This document shows positions 1 through 12,600 of a stretch of DNA of 64,000 nt, piece by piece. The position numbers and the translations under genes were made by a program. The first letter of the stretch is position 1; each line of letters opens with the position of its first letter. Below the pieces are notes generated by a model. That model worked only from the letters and a program-made list of their open reading frames with translations, was not told where the DNA came from and made no database searches. Location: positions 135,534,001 through 135,598,000 of the forward strand of contig CM059431.1 of assembly GCA_030390025.1 (NCBI GenBank). The letters are read 5' to 3'. The stretch is from Squalus acanthias. Its lineage: Eukaryota.

Positions 1-256
1 TCCTTCTCTTAAAACTTTGTCTCAGCAGCTTTTCCCTGCTTCCCAAAACCCTTTTTTTCCACTTGCTTTGCTGAGTTTTCAGATTGCAACTTAGATCACT
101 TTCCCTCTTTTGTACCACTTTCTTATTTTGAACTGATTGCCTTTGATAGGCTAACAGCCATATTGCCTTATACCATGCCTCCTTTCCTGATGGACCTTCT
201 GTCCATGCCTTTACTTGCTTTGCTGCATTCACATTTTGTCCTTGCTTATCCGCCAT
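1..256 (-). CDS. N-terminus of a probable gag ORF of an LTR retroelement, open to the window edge
   Basis: ATG at 256 in strong Kozak context (acaATGG), 29 nt downstream of the PBS. Hand translation MADKQGQNVNAAKQVKAWTEGPSGKEAWYKAIWLLAYQ... has no stop for 85 codons. The gag label rests on position only. Confidence 0.55.
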   Translation of the reverse strand, partial: MADKQGQNVNAAKQVKAWTEGPSGKEAWYKAIWLLAYQRQSVQNKKVVQKRESDLSCNLKTQQSKWKKRVLGSREKLLRQSFKRR

Positions 257-285
257 TGTTATAAAAAATACTTTTTTCCCTCAAG

Positions 286-303
286 GCCCCTTCATGGTCG
301 CCA
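286..303 (-). promoter_or_regulatory. Primer-binding site complementary to tRNA-Arg(TCG)
   Basis: Minus strand TGGCGACCATGAAGGGGC versus TGGCGACCACGAAGGGAC (recalled vertebrate tRNA-Arg-TCG 3' end): 16/18, both differences G:U-compatible. Lies 4 nt after an LTR-type terminal CA at 308. Confidence 0.8.
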
Positions 304-307
304 ATTT

Positions 308-1025
308 TGTCGGACTTTCTACTACTACTGTTTGAACCTCGAGAATTACAAATAAGCGTAACAATGACAGATAAGATTGTTATAAATGAAATTATCTTTA
401 TTCACACTACAGTTTAAAAATTCAAGCTTACATAGAAGCACCCTCGGCAATGCATATGCCCACAGTTTATTAATTTGCCCTGGCAATATATATGCCCACA
501 GTTTAATAAGTCCGTACATAGAAGTACACTCAGCAATTCATATGCTCCGCAGTTTAGTCAAACATACATAAAAAATACTCCTCAGCAATATCTATGCTCT
601 ATGTTTGACGTCCATACATACATACACTCCTCCACGGGTGATCAGTCTGGAAGAAGTGGTAGGCTGCAAACATTGACTGGCCAGTCAAACAGCTTTCGTT
701 GTCCCTTTTTTTTGAATCTTTGCGCTTCTGTGTCTTTCCTTTATAGTGCCCTCTGGCATGGGCCCCCTCGTATATCTTCATTTGCCTCCCCCTGATAGGT
801 CAGTTTCACTCCCAACCATCCCTGATTGGAGTTCCCTCTGCATGGCACGTTCATGTTCCTGTGATGTGTGTGGAGGCAGGACTTCCTCTTCATCCAGTGC
901 CTCACCTTAGTGTCCATGTGGTCTTCCAAACAAAGGTCCATATGCTGACCCCCTCCATTTTGAATCCTTACAAAGGGCCACATGCTGACTTCCTCCATTT
1001 TGAATCCGTCTGTTATCATCTCACA
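308..1025 (-). mobile_element. 5' LTR of an LTR retroelement (ERV-like or Gypsy); far boundary uncertain
   Basis: Minus-strand order CCAAT (829-825), TATAAA (745-740), AATAAA (402-397), terminal CA (308), PBS. The TG start at about 1025 is a guess. Confidence 0.6.
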
Positions 1026-1680
1026 ATTCATTCGCAATTTTGATCTCCACACGGTACCAGTGGTGTTATTATGTGTATAGCAGCTTACAACTGTTTCCTG
1101 AGATATAATCATATTATGAATTAGACTAACACTTTTCAGTTTAGAAATAATACCTAGTGAATGTAGCAGCAAAAGTACTTCAGTGGTTTGTTCACTGGTA
1201 TTCTCTTTCAGTTGCTGCTCAGATCGGTTACATAATGCCTTTTTCATTCACAGAGCGATTGACCTCGGTGAAAATAACAACATGTGAAGGTAGTATAGAC
1301 CTTAAGCATATAACATATGCTACTTAAGTTGCTAAATACATGTCTCAATCTTGCTGCCAACTGCAGAGTGCAGGAACCAGTTAACGTGGCTCCTACAGTT
1401 TGGTGAGATGGTTTCTTGAGTGACTTTGGGCAGGGCGGGAAGTTTAGATCCTGCAATGATTTTTTCCAGCAAATGCTGACAGGCTGACACAGGTTAAAAA
1501 AAACACTGTTGTCCACATGAAACACAGATGGTTGGCATGTATGCTTTAATTCTCCCATCTCCCGTCTATAATTAGCATCTAGGCCCTAAATCACCTGTAA
1601 ACACTATAACCTTCATGGTCATAGACTCAGATGGTCCCTTTTATTCCCTGACTTTTTGACATATTGTTCTTTTATTTCCT

Positions 1681-1845
1681 GGTAACTTTGACTTTGTGCA
1701 ATAGTGTAAAATGGGTAATAGCGAATCGGCAGCCTATTTTACATCTCTCCTGATTTTTATTTCCATTGATTGCAATGCAAATAAAAATCGGGAGAGATGT
1801 AAAACAGGCTGCCGATTCACTAGCACCCAAAGTCAAGATTACTCC
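1681..1845. repeat. Palindromic MITE-like hairpin
   Basis: gaatcggcagcctattttacatctctcctgatttttatttccattg pairs with caatgcaaataaaaatcgggagagatgtaaaacaggctgccgattc around about 1770; weaker outer arms. Confidence 0.7.
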
Positions 1846-2339
1846 CATTGACTTGTGTTCAAGGAGAGTTCCATGGACAATAACAGCCCTACAGTACAGA
1901 ACATGGGTTAAACGTACAATGCTCCTGGTCTGGCTGCTGAAGAAATTATTTGTCACGTAAGCCTAAGAAAATATACCTATAAATTAAGGCATCCTCTTTG
2001 ATTATGTCAATTTCTCTAATTATGCTTTATTAATCTCTGTAGGAAATCAGTCTAGTATTGGACCTTAATACTCTCCAATCATGTGTATCTTATGCAGAAT
2101 TTTATACATAAGAACAAAAATTCTGTTGGGGTTCTGCCAGTCTCCGGCTGTAACTCTGGCAGAAAACCAGTGGAACCCTTGGGAATTTCAGCCTGATAAT
2201 CTTTTGTAACAACTTTAGTGAATCAGTTGATTTCTTTGTGTCAGTCTTAACATGCTTCATTCAAATCTACATCTAAAGTTGCATTTGATAACTAGTTGTC
2301 TTCCTGTCATTTATTTTAGTTACATACAAGATTTTTCCA

Positions 2340-2893
2340 CTTTGGAGTATTGTGTCCAATTTTGGGCACCGCACTTTAGGAAGGATGGGAAGGCCTTAGA
2401 GAGGGTGCAGAAAAGATTTACGAGACTGATTCCAGGGATGAGAGACTTCAGTTATGTGGATAGACTGGATAAGCTGTGTTTGTTCTCCTTAGAGCAGAGA
2501 AGGGTGAGAGGATATTTGACACAGGTATTCAAAATCATGAGGAGTCTAGACAGAGTAGATAGAGAGAAACTGTTCCCATTGGCAGAAGGTTTCAGAACCA
2601 GAGGAGACAGTTTCATGGTGATTAGCAAAAGAACCAATGGATACATGAGGAAAATCGTTTTCCCCAGCAAGTTGTTAGGATTTGGAATTCACGGCCTGAA
2701 AGGGTGATGGAGGCAGACTCAATCGTGGCTTTCAAAAGGGAATTGGATAAGTACCTGAGGGGAAAAAATTTGCAGGGCTACGGGGAAAGGGCGGGGGATT
2801 GGGACTAGCTGAAGTGCTCTTGCAGAGAGTCGTCATTGGCTCAACGGGCCAAATGGCCTCCTACTGTGCTGTAACCATTCTATGATTCTATGA
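2340..2893 (+). mobile_element. CR1 LINE 3' fragment
   Basis: LEYCVQFWAPHFRKD...LERVQKRFTR and a terminal (ATTCTATG)n tail; closely similar to 52735-53225. Confidence 0.92.
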
Positions 2894-3268
2894 GTATACT
2901 TCTGCACTTTAATATCAAAATTTCTAACCAGTGCAGTGCTCTTTATACTTTTGTTGCCAATTTAATTCAGAGGCATCAGTATTCATATGGCAACTATGTT
3001 GCTTTAAATTATTTTACGACAAGGATGCTTATCCATCTCTTTTTCATTGGAGTATTGTGGGTCAAGAGTTCACATGGTATTGTTATTCATGCTAAGGCTT
3101 CTTTGCAAGTAATCAACCTGCACACTGGAATCATGAGCCATTTCCAGAAAACGTCCAGCATGAAATAGGGATATGAATTTGTTGATTGTTTACGGATTCA
3201 TCACACTTATACCAATCCTTAACTTAGATTGTTAATGTAGTGGATTAGTATTGATTCTGTGAATAAAC

Positions 3269-3431
3269 GGCTTGAATTTCCATGGTGGTTTCCGGTAGAA
3301 AATCGGTGGAACTCCCAGAGAAATGGTGCAACCTGTGGTTCTTTAGCCACTTATACTATTCTCCGGGGGTTCAGCTGATCTCCCACTAAATTTATGGCTG
3401 CAAATTTGGAGAACCCTGTGGAAATTAAGGA
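3269..3431. mobile_element. Degenerate short MITE (Harbinger-like); related remnant at about 2118-2193
   Basis: Imperfect TIRs ggcttgaatttcc / ggaaattaagg. Confidence 0.4.
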
Positions 3432-3644
3432 CAAAAGCTTTTTTATTGTGATAAATGTTGATCGAACTCTTAAGATCCAAGGGTTATTTGTAAAGACCTT
3501 ATTAATTTATAATATTTTAGTTGAGCAGAAAGCAGTAAAAAAAAAGGTTACAAACAAAAATTATAATTTTTGAGATTTCTGAGAGAAATTATTGCAGCTT
3601 TCTTCTATCACAGGTAAGTTTTTCATATGTAGAAAAAGTAGTAC

Positions 3645-6600
3645 TATTGAGGCAGGGTGATTGAGGGCCGGTATGTCAGCTGCAGGCTGATGAGGGGTCT
3701 GATCCCTGAGTAAGGCTGTGATCCATTAAGAATCTCTCCTTCAAAAATAATTGCACCTGGAGTGGGATACCTGGAGTGGTAGTACCTGGAGTGGGAGTAC
3801 CTGGAGTGGGAGTACCTGGAGTGGGAGTACCTGGAGTGGGAGAACCTGGAGTGGGAGTATCTGGAGTGGGAGTACCTGGAGTGGGAGTATCTGGAGCGAG
3901 AGTATCTGGAGCGGGAGTACCTGGAGTGGGAGTACCTGGAGCGAGAGTATCTGGAGCGAGAGTATCTGGAGCGAGAGTATCTGGAGTGAGAGTATCTGGA
4001 GTGGGAGTAGCTGGAGTGGGAGTACCTGGAGTGGGAGTATCTGGAGCGAGAGTATCTGGAGCGGGAGTATCTGGAGTGGGAGTATCTGGAGTGGGAGTAC
4101 CTGGAGTGAGAGTACCTGGAGTGGGAGTATCTGGAGTGGTAGTACCTGGAGTGGTAGTACCTGGAGCGGGAGTACCTGGAGCGGAAGTATCTGGAGTGGG
4201 AGTATCTGGAGCGGGAGTATCTGGAGCGGGAGTACCTGGAGTGGGAGTACCTGGAGTGGGAGTACCTGGAGTGGGAGTACCTGGAGTGGGAGTATCTGGA
4301 GTGGGAGTATCTGGAGTGGGAGTATCTGGAGTGGGAGTATCTGGAGTGGGAGTACCTGGAGTGGGAGTACCTGGAGTGGGAGTATCTGGAGTGGGAGTAC
4401 CTGGAGTGGGAGTACCTGGAGTGGGAGAACCTGGAGCGAGAGTATCTGGAGCGAGAGTATCGGGAGCGGGAGAACCTGGAGTGGGAGTATCTGGAGTGGG
4501 AGTATCTGGAGCGAGAGTATCTGGAGCGAGAGTATCTGGAGCGGGAGTAACTGGAGCGGGAGTATCTGGAGTGGGAGTATCTGGAGTGGGAGCATCTGGA
4601 GTGGGAGTATCTGGAGTGGGAGTACCTGGAGTGGTAGTACCTGGAGTGGGAGTATTTGGAGCGGGAGTATCTGGAGTGGGAGTACCTGGACTGGTAGTAC
4701 CTGGAGTGGGAGTATCTGGAGTGGGAGTATCTGGAGTGGGAGTATCTGGAGCGGGAGTACCTGGAGTGGGAGTATCTGGAGTGAGAGTACCTGGAGTGGG
4801 AGTATCTGGAGCGAGAGTACCTGGAGTGAGACTACCTGGAGTGGGAGTATCTGGAGTGGGAATATCTGGAGTGGGAGTATCTGGAGTGGGAGTATCTGGA
4901 GTGGGAGTACCTGGAGTGGTAGTACCTGGAGTGGGAGTACCTGGAGTGGGAGTATCTGGAGTGGGAGTATCTGGAGTGGGAGTACCTGGAGTGGGAGTAC
5001 CTGGAGCGGGAGTATCTGGAGCGAGAGTATCTGGAGTGGGAGTATCTGGAGTGGGAGTATCTGGAGTGGGAGTACCTGGAGTGAGAGTACCTGGAGTGGG
5101 AGTATCTGGAGTGGGAGTACCTGGAGTGGTAGTACCTGGAGTGGTAGTACCTGGAGCGGGAGTACCTGGAGCGGAAGTATCTGGAGCGGGAGTATCTGGA
5201 GCGGGAGTATCTGGAGCGGGAGTACCTGGAGTGGGAGTACCTGGAGTGGGAGTACCTGGAGTGGGAGTACCTGGAGTGGGAGTACCTGGAGTGGGAGTAT
5301 CTGGAGTGGGAGTATCTGGAGTGGGACTATCTGGAGTGGGAGTATCTGGAGTGGAAGTATCTGGAGTGGGAGTACCTGGAGTGGGAGTACCTGGAGCGGG
5401 AGTACCTGGAGTGAGAGTATCTGGAGCGAGAGTATCTGGAGCGGGAGAACCTGGAGCGGGAGTATCTGGAGTGGGAGTATCTGGAGTGGGAGTATCTGGA
5501 GTGGGAGTATCTGGAATGGGAGTACCTGGAGCGGGAGTATCTGGAGCGAGAGTATCTGGAGCGAGAGTATCTGGAGCGGGAGTACCTGGAGCGGGAGTAC
5601 CTGGAGCGGGAGTATCTGGAGTGGGAGTATCTGGAGTGGGAGCATCTGGAGTGGGAGTATCTGGAGTGGGAGTACCTGGAGTGGTAGTACCTGGAGTGGG
5701 AGTATCTGGAGCGGGAGTATCTGGAGCGGGAGTACCTGGAGTGGTAGTACCTGGAGTGGGAGTATCTGGAGTGGGAGTATCTGGAGTGGGAGTACCTGGA
5801 GCGGGAGTATCTGGAGCGGGAGTATCTGGAGCGGGAGTACCTGGAGTGGGAGTATCTGGAGCGAGAGTACCTGGAGTGAGACTACCTGGAGTGGGAGTAT
5901 CTGGAGTGGGAGTATCTGGAGTGGGAGTATCTGGAGTGGGAGTATCTGGAGTGGGAGTACCTGGAGTGGTAGTACCTGGAGTGGGAGTACCTGGAGTGGG
6001 AGTATCTGGAGTGGGAGTACCTGGAGTGGGAGTACCTGGAGTGGGAGTATCTGGAGCGAGAGTACCTGGAGTGGGAGTATCTGGAGCGAGAGTACCTGGA
6101 GTGAGACTACCTGGAGTGGGAGTATCTGGAGTGGGAATTTCTGGAGTGGGAGTATCTGGAGTGGGAGTATCTGGAGTGGGAGTACCTGGAGTGGTAGTAC
6201 CTGGAGTGGGAGTACCTGGAGTGGGAGTATCTGGAGTGGGAGTATCTGGAGTGGGAGTACCTGGAGTGGGAGTACCTGGAGCGAGAGTATCTGGAGCGGG
6301 AGTATCTGGAGTGGGAGTATCTGGAGTGGGAGTACCTGGAGTGAGAGTACCTGGAGTGGGAATATCTGGAGTGGGAGTACCTGGAGTGGTAGTACCTGGA
6401 GTGGTAGTACCTGGAGCGGGATTACCTGGAGCGGAAGTATCTGGAGCGGGAGTATCTGGAGCGGGAGTATCTGGAGCGGGAGTACCTGGAGTGGGAGTAC
6501 CTGGAGTGGGAGTACCTGGAGTGGGAGTACCTGGAGTGGGAGTATCTGGAGTGGGAGTATCTGGAGTGGGAGTATCTGGAGTGGGAGTATTTGGAGTGGG

Positions 6601-9600
6601 AGTAGCTGGAGTGGAAGTATCTGGAGTGGGAGTATCTGGAGTGGGAGTACCTGGAGTGGGAGTACCTGGAGCGGGAGTACCTGGAGCGAGAGTATCTGGA
6701 GCGAGAGTATCTGGAGTGGGAGAACCTGGAGCGGGAGTATCTGGAGTGGGAGTATCTGGAGTGGGAGTATCTGGAGTGGGAGTATCTGGAATGGGAGTAC
6801 CTGGAGCGGGAGTATCTGGAGCGAGAGTATCTGGAGCGAGAGTATCTGGAGCGGGAGTACCTGGAGCGGGAGTACCTGGAGCGGGAGTATCTGGAGTGGG
6901 AGTATCTGGAGTGGGAGCATCTGGAGTGGGAGTATCTGGAGTGGGAGTACCTGGAGTGGTAGTACCTGGAGTGGTAGTACCTGGAGTGGGAGTATCTGGA
7001 GCGGGAGTGTCTGGAGCGGGAGTACCTGGAGTGGTAGTACCTGGAGTGGGAGTATCTGGAGTGGGAGTATCTGGAGTGGGAGTACCTGGAGCGGGAGTAT
7101 CTGGAGCGGGAGTATCTGGAGCGGGAGTACCTGGAGTGGGAGTATCTGGAGCGAGAGTACCTGGAGTGAGACTACCTGGAGTGGGAGTATCTGGAGTGGG
7201 AGTATCTGGAGTGGGAGTATCTGGAGTGGGAGTATCTGGAGTGGGAGTACCTGGAGTGGTAGTACCTGGAGTGGGAGTACCTGGAGTGGGAGTATCTGGA
7301 GTGGGAGTACCTGGAGTGGGAGTACCTGGAGTGGGAGTACCTGGAGTGGTAGTACCTGGAGTGGCAGTACCTGGAGTGGGAGTACCTGGAGTGGGAGTAC
7401 CTGGAGTGGGAGTACCTGGAGTGGGAGTACCTGGAGTAGGAGTACCTGGAGTGGGAGTACCTGGAGTGGGAGTATCTGGAGTGGGAGTACCTGGAGTGGG
7501 AGTATCTGGAGTGGGAGTATCTGGAGTGGGAGTACCTGGAGTGGGAGTACCTGGAGTGGAAGTACCTGGAGTGGGAGTACCTGGAGTGGGAGTGCCTGGA
7601 GTGAGAGTACCTGGAGCGAGAGTATCTGGAGCGGGAGAACCTGGAGTGGGAGTAGCTGGAGTGGGAGTATCTGGAGTGGGAGTATCTGGAGCGAGAGTAT
7701 CTGGAGCGAGAGTATCTGGAGCGGGAGTACCTGGAGCGGGAGTACCTGGAGCGGGAGTACCTGGAGTGGGAGTATCTGGAGCGAGAGTATCTGGAGCGAG
7801 AGTATCTGGAGCGGGAGTACCTGGAGCGGGAGTACCTGGAGCGGGAGTATCTGGAGTGGGAGTATCTGGAGTTGGAGTATCTGGAGTGGGAGTATCTGGA
7901 GTGGGAGTATCTGGAGTGGGAGTATCTGGAGCGGGAGTATCTGGAGCGGGAGTACCTGGAGCGGGAGTACCTGGAGCGGGAGTATCTGGAGCGAGAGTAC
8001 CTGGAGCGGGAGTACCTGGAGCGGGAGTACCTGGAGCGGGATTATCTGGAGCGGGAGTACCTGGAGTTGGAGTATCTGGAGTGGGAGTACCTGGACTGGG
8101 AGTATTTGGAGTGTGAGTACCTGGAGTTGGAGTATCTGGAGTGGGAGTATCTGGAGTGGGAGTATCTGGAGTGGGAGTATCTGGAGTGGGAGTATCTGGA
8201 GCGAGAGTACCTGGAGCGGGAGTATCTCAAGCGGGAGTACCTAGAGCGGGAGTACCTGGAGCGAGAGTACCTGGAGCGGGAGTATCTGGAGCGGGAGTAC
8301 CTGGAGTGGGAGTATCTGGAGCGAGAGTATCTGGAGCGAGAGTATCTGGAGCGGGAGTATCTGGAGCGGGAGTACCTGGAGCGAGAGTATCTGGAGCGGG
8401 AGTATCTGGAGCGGTAGTATCTGGAGCGGGAGTATCTGGAGCGGGAGTATCTGGAGTGGGAGTATCTGCAGTGGTAGTATCTGGAGTGGGAGTATCTGCA
8501 GTGGTAGTATCTGGAGCGGGAGTACCTGGAGTGGGAGTACCTGGAGTGGGAGTACCTGGAGTGGGAGTATCTGGAGTGGGAGTACCTGGAGTGGGAGTAC
8601 CTGGAGCGGGAGTACCTGGAGTGGGAGTACCTGGAGTGGGAGTACCTGGAGTGGGAGTATCTGGAGTGGGAGTACCTGGAGCGGGAGTACCTGGAGCGAG
8701 AGTATCTGGAGCAAGAGTACCTGGAGCGGGAGTACCTGGAGCGGGAGTACCTGGAGTGGGAGTACCTGGAGTGGGAGTACCTGGAGTGGGAGTACCTGGA
8801 GTGGGAGTACCTGGAGCGGGAGTACCTGGAGTGGGAGTATCTGCAGTGGTAGTATCTGGAGCAAGAGTACCTGGAGTGGGAGTATCTGAAGTGGTAGTAT
8901 CTGGAGCAAGAGTATCTGGAGTGGGAGTACCTGGAGTGGGAGTATCTGGAGCGAGAGTATCTGGAGCGAGAGTATCTGGAGCGGGAGTACCTGGAGCGGG
9001 AGTACCTGGAGCGGGAATATCTGGAGTGGGAGTACCTGGAGTGGGAGTATCTGGAGCGAAAGTATCTGGAGCGAGAGTATCTGGAGCGGGAGTACCTGGA
9101 GCGGGAGTACCTGGAGCGGGAGTATCTGGAGTGGGAGTACATGGAGTGGGAGTACCTGGAGTGAGAGTACCTGGAGTGGGAGTACCTGGAGTGGGAGTAC
9201 ATGGAGTGGGAGTACCTGGAGTGAGAGTACCTGGAGCGAGAGTATCTGGAGCGGGAGAACCTGGAGTGGGAGTATCTAGAGTGGGAGTACCTGGACTGGG
9301 AGTATTTGGAGTGTGAGTACCTGGAGTTGGAGTATCTGGAGTGGGAGTATCTGGAGTGGGAGTATCTGGAGTGGGAGTATCTGGAGTGGGAGTATCTGGA
9401 GTGGGAGTATCTGGAGCGAGAGTACCTGGAGCGGGAGTATCTGGAGCGGGAGTACCTAGAGCGGGAGTACCTGGAGCGAGAGTACCTGGAGCGGGAGTAT
9501 CTGGAGCGGGAGTATCTGGAGCGGGAGTACCTAGAGCGGGAGTACCTGGAGCGAGAGTACCTGGAGCGAGAGTATCTGGAGCGGGAGTATCTGGAGCGGG

Positions 9601-12600
9601 AGTATCTGGAGCGGGAGTATCTGGAGCGGGAGTATCTGGAGTGGGAGTACCTGGAGTGGGAGTATCTGGAGTGGGAGTATCTGGAGTGGGAGTACCTGGA
9701 GTGGGAGTACCTGGAGTGGGAGTACCTGGAGGAGGAGTACATGGAGTGGGATTACCTGGAGTGAGAGTACCTGGAGCGAGAGTATCTGGAGCGGGAGAAC
9801 CTGGAGTGGGAGTATCTGGAGTGGGAGTACCTGGACTGGGAGTATCTGGAGCGAGAGTATCTGGAGCGAGAGTATCTGGAGCGGGAGTACCTGGAGCGGG
9901 AGTACCTGGAGCGGGAGTATCTGGAGTGGGAGTACCTGGAGTGGGAGTATCTGGAGCGAGAGTATCTGGAGCAAGAGTATCTGGAGTGGGAGTACCTGGA
10001 GCGGGAGTACCTGGAGCGGGAGTATCTGGAGTTGGAGTATCTGGAGTGGGAGTATCCGGTGTGGGAGTATCTGGAGTGGGAGTATCTGGAGTGGGAGTAT
10101 CTGGAGCGGGAGTACCTGGAGCGGGAGTACCTGGAGCGGGAGTACCTGGAGCGGGAGTACCTGGAGCGGGATTATCTGGAGTGGGAGTACCTGGAGTTGG
10201 AGTATCTGGAGTGGGAGTACCTGGACTGGGAGTATTTGGAGTGTGGGTACCTGGAGTTGGAGTATCTGGAGTGGCAGTATCTGGAGTGGGAGTATCTGGA
10301 GTGGGAGTATCTGGAGTGGGAGTATCTGGAGTGGGAGTATCTGGAGCGAGAGTACCTGGAGCGGGAGTATCTGGAGCGGGAGTACCTAGAGCGGGAGTAC
10401 CTGGAGCGAGAGTACCTGGAGCGGCAGTATCTGGAGCGGGAGTACCTGGAGCGGGAGTATCTGCAGTGGGAGTACCTGGAGCGAGAGTATCTGGAGCGGG
10501 AGTATCTGGAGCGGGAGTATCTGGAGTGGGAGTATCTGCAGTGGTAGTATCTGGAGTGGGAGTATCTGCAGTGGTAGTATCTGGAGCGGGATTACCTGGA
10601 GCGGGAGTATCTGGAGCGGGAGTATCTGGAGTGGGAGTATCTGGAGTGGGAGTACATGGAGTGGGAGTACCTGGAGCGGGAGTACCTGGAGTGGGAGTAC
10701 CTGGAGTGGGAGTATCTGGAGTGGGAGTACCTGGAGTGGGAGTACCTGGAGTGGGAGTACCTGGAGCGAGAGTATCTGGAGCAAGAGTACCTGGAGCGGG
10801 AGTACCTGGAGTGGGAGTACCTGGAGTGGGAGTACCTGGAGTGGGAGTACCTGGAGTGGGAGTATCTGCAGTGGGAGTATCTGCAGTGGTAGTATCTGGA
10901 GCAAGAGTACCTGGAGTGGGAGTAGCTGAAGTGGTAGTATCTGGAGCAAGAGTACCTGGAGTGGGAGTATCTGGAGTGGTAGTCTCTGGAGCAAGAGTAC
11001 CTGGAGTGGGAGGACCTGGAGTGGGAGTACCTAGAGTGGGAGTATCTGGAGTGGTAGTATCTTGAGCAAGAGTACCTGGAGTGGGAGTACCTGGAGTGGG
11101 AGTATCTGGAGTAGGAGTATCTGGAGTGGGAGTACCTGGACTGGGAGTATTTGGAGTGTGAGTACCTGGAGTTGGAGTATCTGGAGTGGCAGTATCTGGA
11201 GTGGGAGTATCTGGAGTGGGAGTATCTGGAGTGGGAGTATCTGGAGTGGGAGTATCTGGAGCGAGAGTACCTGGAGCGGGAGTATCTGGAGCGGGAGTAC
11301 CTAGAGCGGGAGTACCTGGAGCGAGAGTACCTGGAGCGGCAGTATCTGGAGCGGGAGTACCTGGAGCGGGAGTATCTGGAGCGGGAGTACCTGGAGCGAG
11401 AGTATCTGGAGCGGGAGTATCTGGAGCGGGAGTATCTGGAGCGGGAGTATCTGGAGTGGGAGTATCTGCAGTGGTAGTATCTGGAGTGGGAGTATCTGCA
11501 GTGGTAGTATCTGGAGCGGGATTACCTGGAGTGGGAGTACCTGGAGTGGGAGTACCTGGAGTGGGAGTACCTGGAGTGGGAGTACCTGGAGCGGGAGTAC
11601 CTGGAGTGGGAGTATCTGCAGTGGTAGTATCTGGAGCAAGAGTACCTGGAGTGGGAGTATCTGAAGTGGTAGTATCTGGAGCAAGAGTATCTGGAGTGGG
11701 AGTACCTGGAGTGGGAGTATCTGGAGCGAGAGTATCTGGAGCGAGAGTATCTGGAGCGGGAGTACCTGGAGCGGGAGTACCTGGAGCGGGAATATCTGGA
11801 GTGGGAGTACCTGGAGTGGGAGTATCTGGAGCGAAAGTATCTGGAGCGAGAGTATCTGGAGCGGGAGTACCTGGAGCGGGAGTACCTGGAGCGGGAGTAT
11901 CTGGAGTGGGAGTACATGGAGTGGGAGTACCTGGAGTGAGAGTACCTGGAGTGGGAGTACCTGGAGTGGGAGTACATGGAGTGGGAGTACCTGGAGTGAG
12001 AGTACCTGGAGCGAGAGTATCTGGAGCGGGAGAACCTGGAGTGGGAGTATCTAGAGTGGGAGTACCTGGACTGGGAGTATTTGGAGTGTGAGTACCTGGA
12101 GTTGGAGTATCTGGAGTGGGAGTATCTGGAGTGGGAGTATCTGGAGTGGGAGTATCTGGAGTGGGAGTATCTGGAGCGGGAGTATCTGGAGCGAGAGTAC
12201 CTGGAGCGGGAGTATCTGGAGCGGGAGTACCTAGAGCGGGAGTACCTGGAGCGAGAGTACCTGGAGCGGGAGTATCTGGAGCGGGAGTATCTGGAGCGGG
12301 AGTACCTAGAGCGGGAGTACCTGGAGCGAGAGTACCTGGAGCGAGAGTATCTGGAGCGGGAGTATCTGGAGCGGGAGTATCTGGAGCGGGAGTACCTGGA
12401 GTGGGAGTATCTGGAGTGGGAGTATCTGGAGTGGGAGTACCTGGAGTGGGAGTACCTGGAGTGGGAGTACCTGGAGTGGGAGTACATGGAGTGGGATTAC
12501 CTGGAGTGAGAGTACCTGGAGCGAGAGTATCTGGAGCGGGAGAACCTGGAGTGGGAGTATCTGGAGTGGGAGTACCTGGACTGGGAGTATCTGGAGCGAG

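Noticed and set aside
2890..3168. 92-aa ORF with a signal-peptide-like stretch (MLIHLFFIGVLWVKSSHG)
   Set aside because: Short, AT-rich, no recognisable family or convincing splice donor.
3776..8116. Calling the array elastin (ELN)
   Set aside because: No Lys/Ala cross-link exons, signal peptide or splice boundaries; recurrent TGA stops; variant pattern does not look like coding selection.
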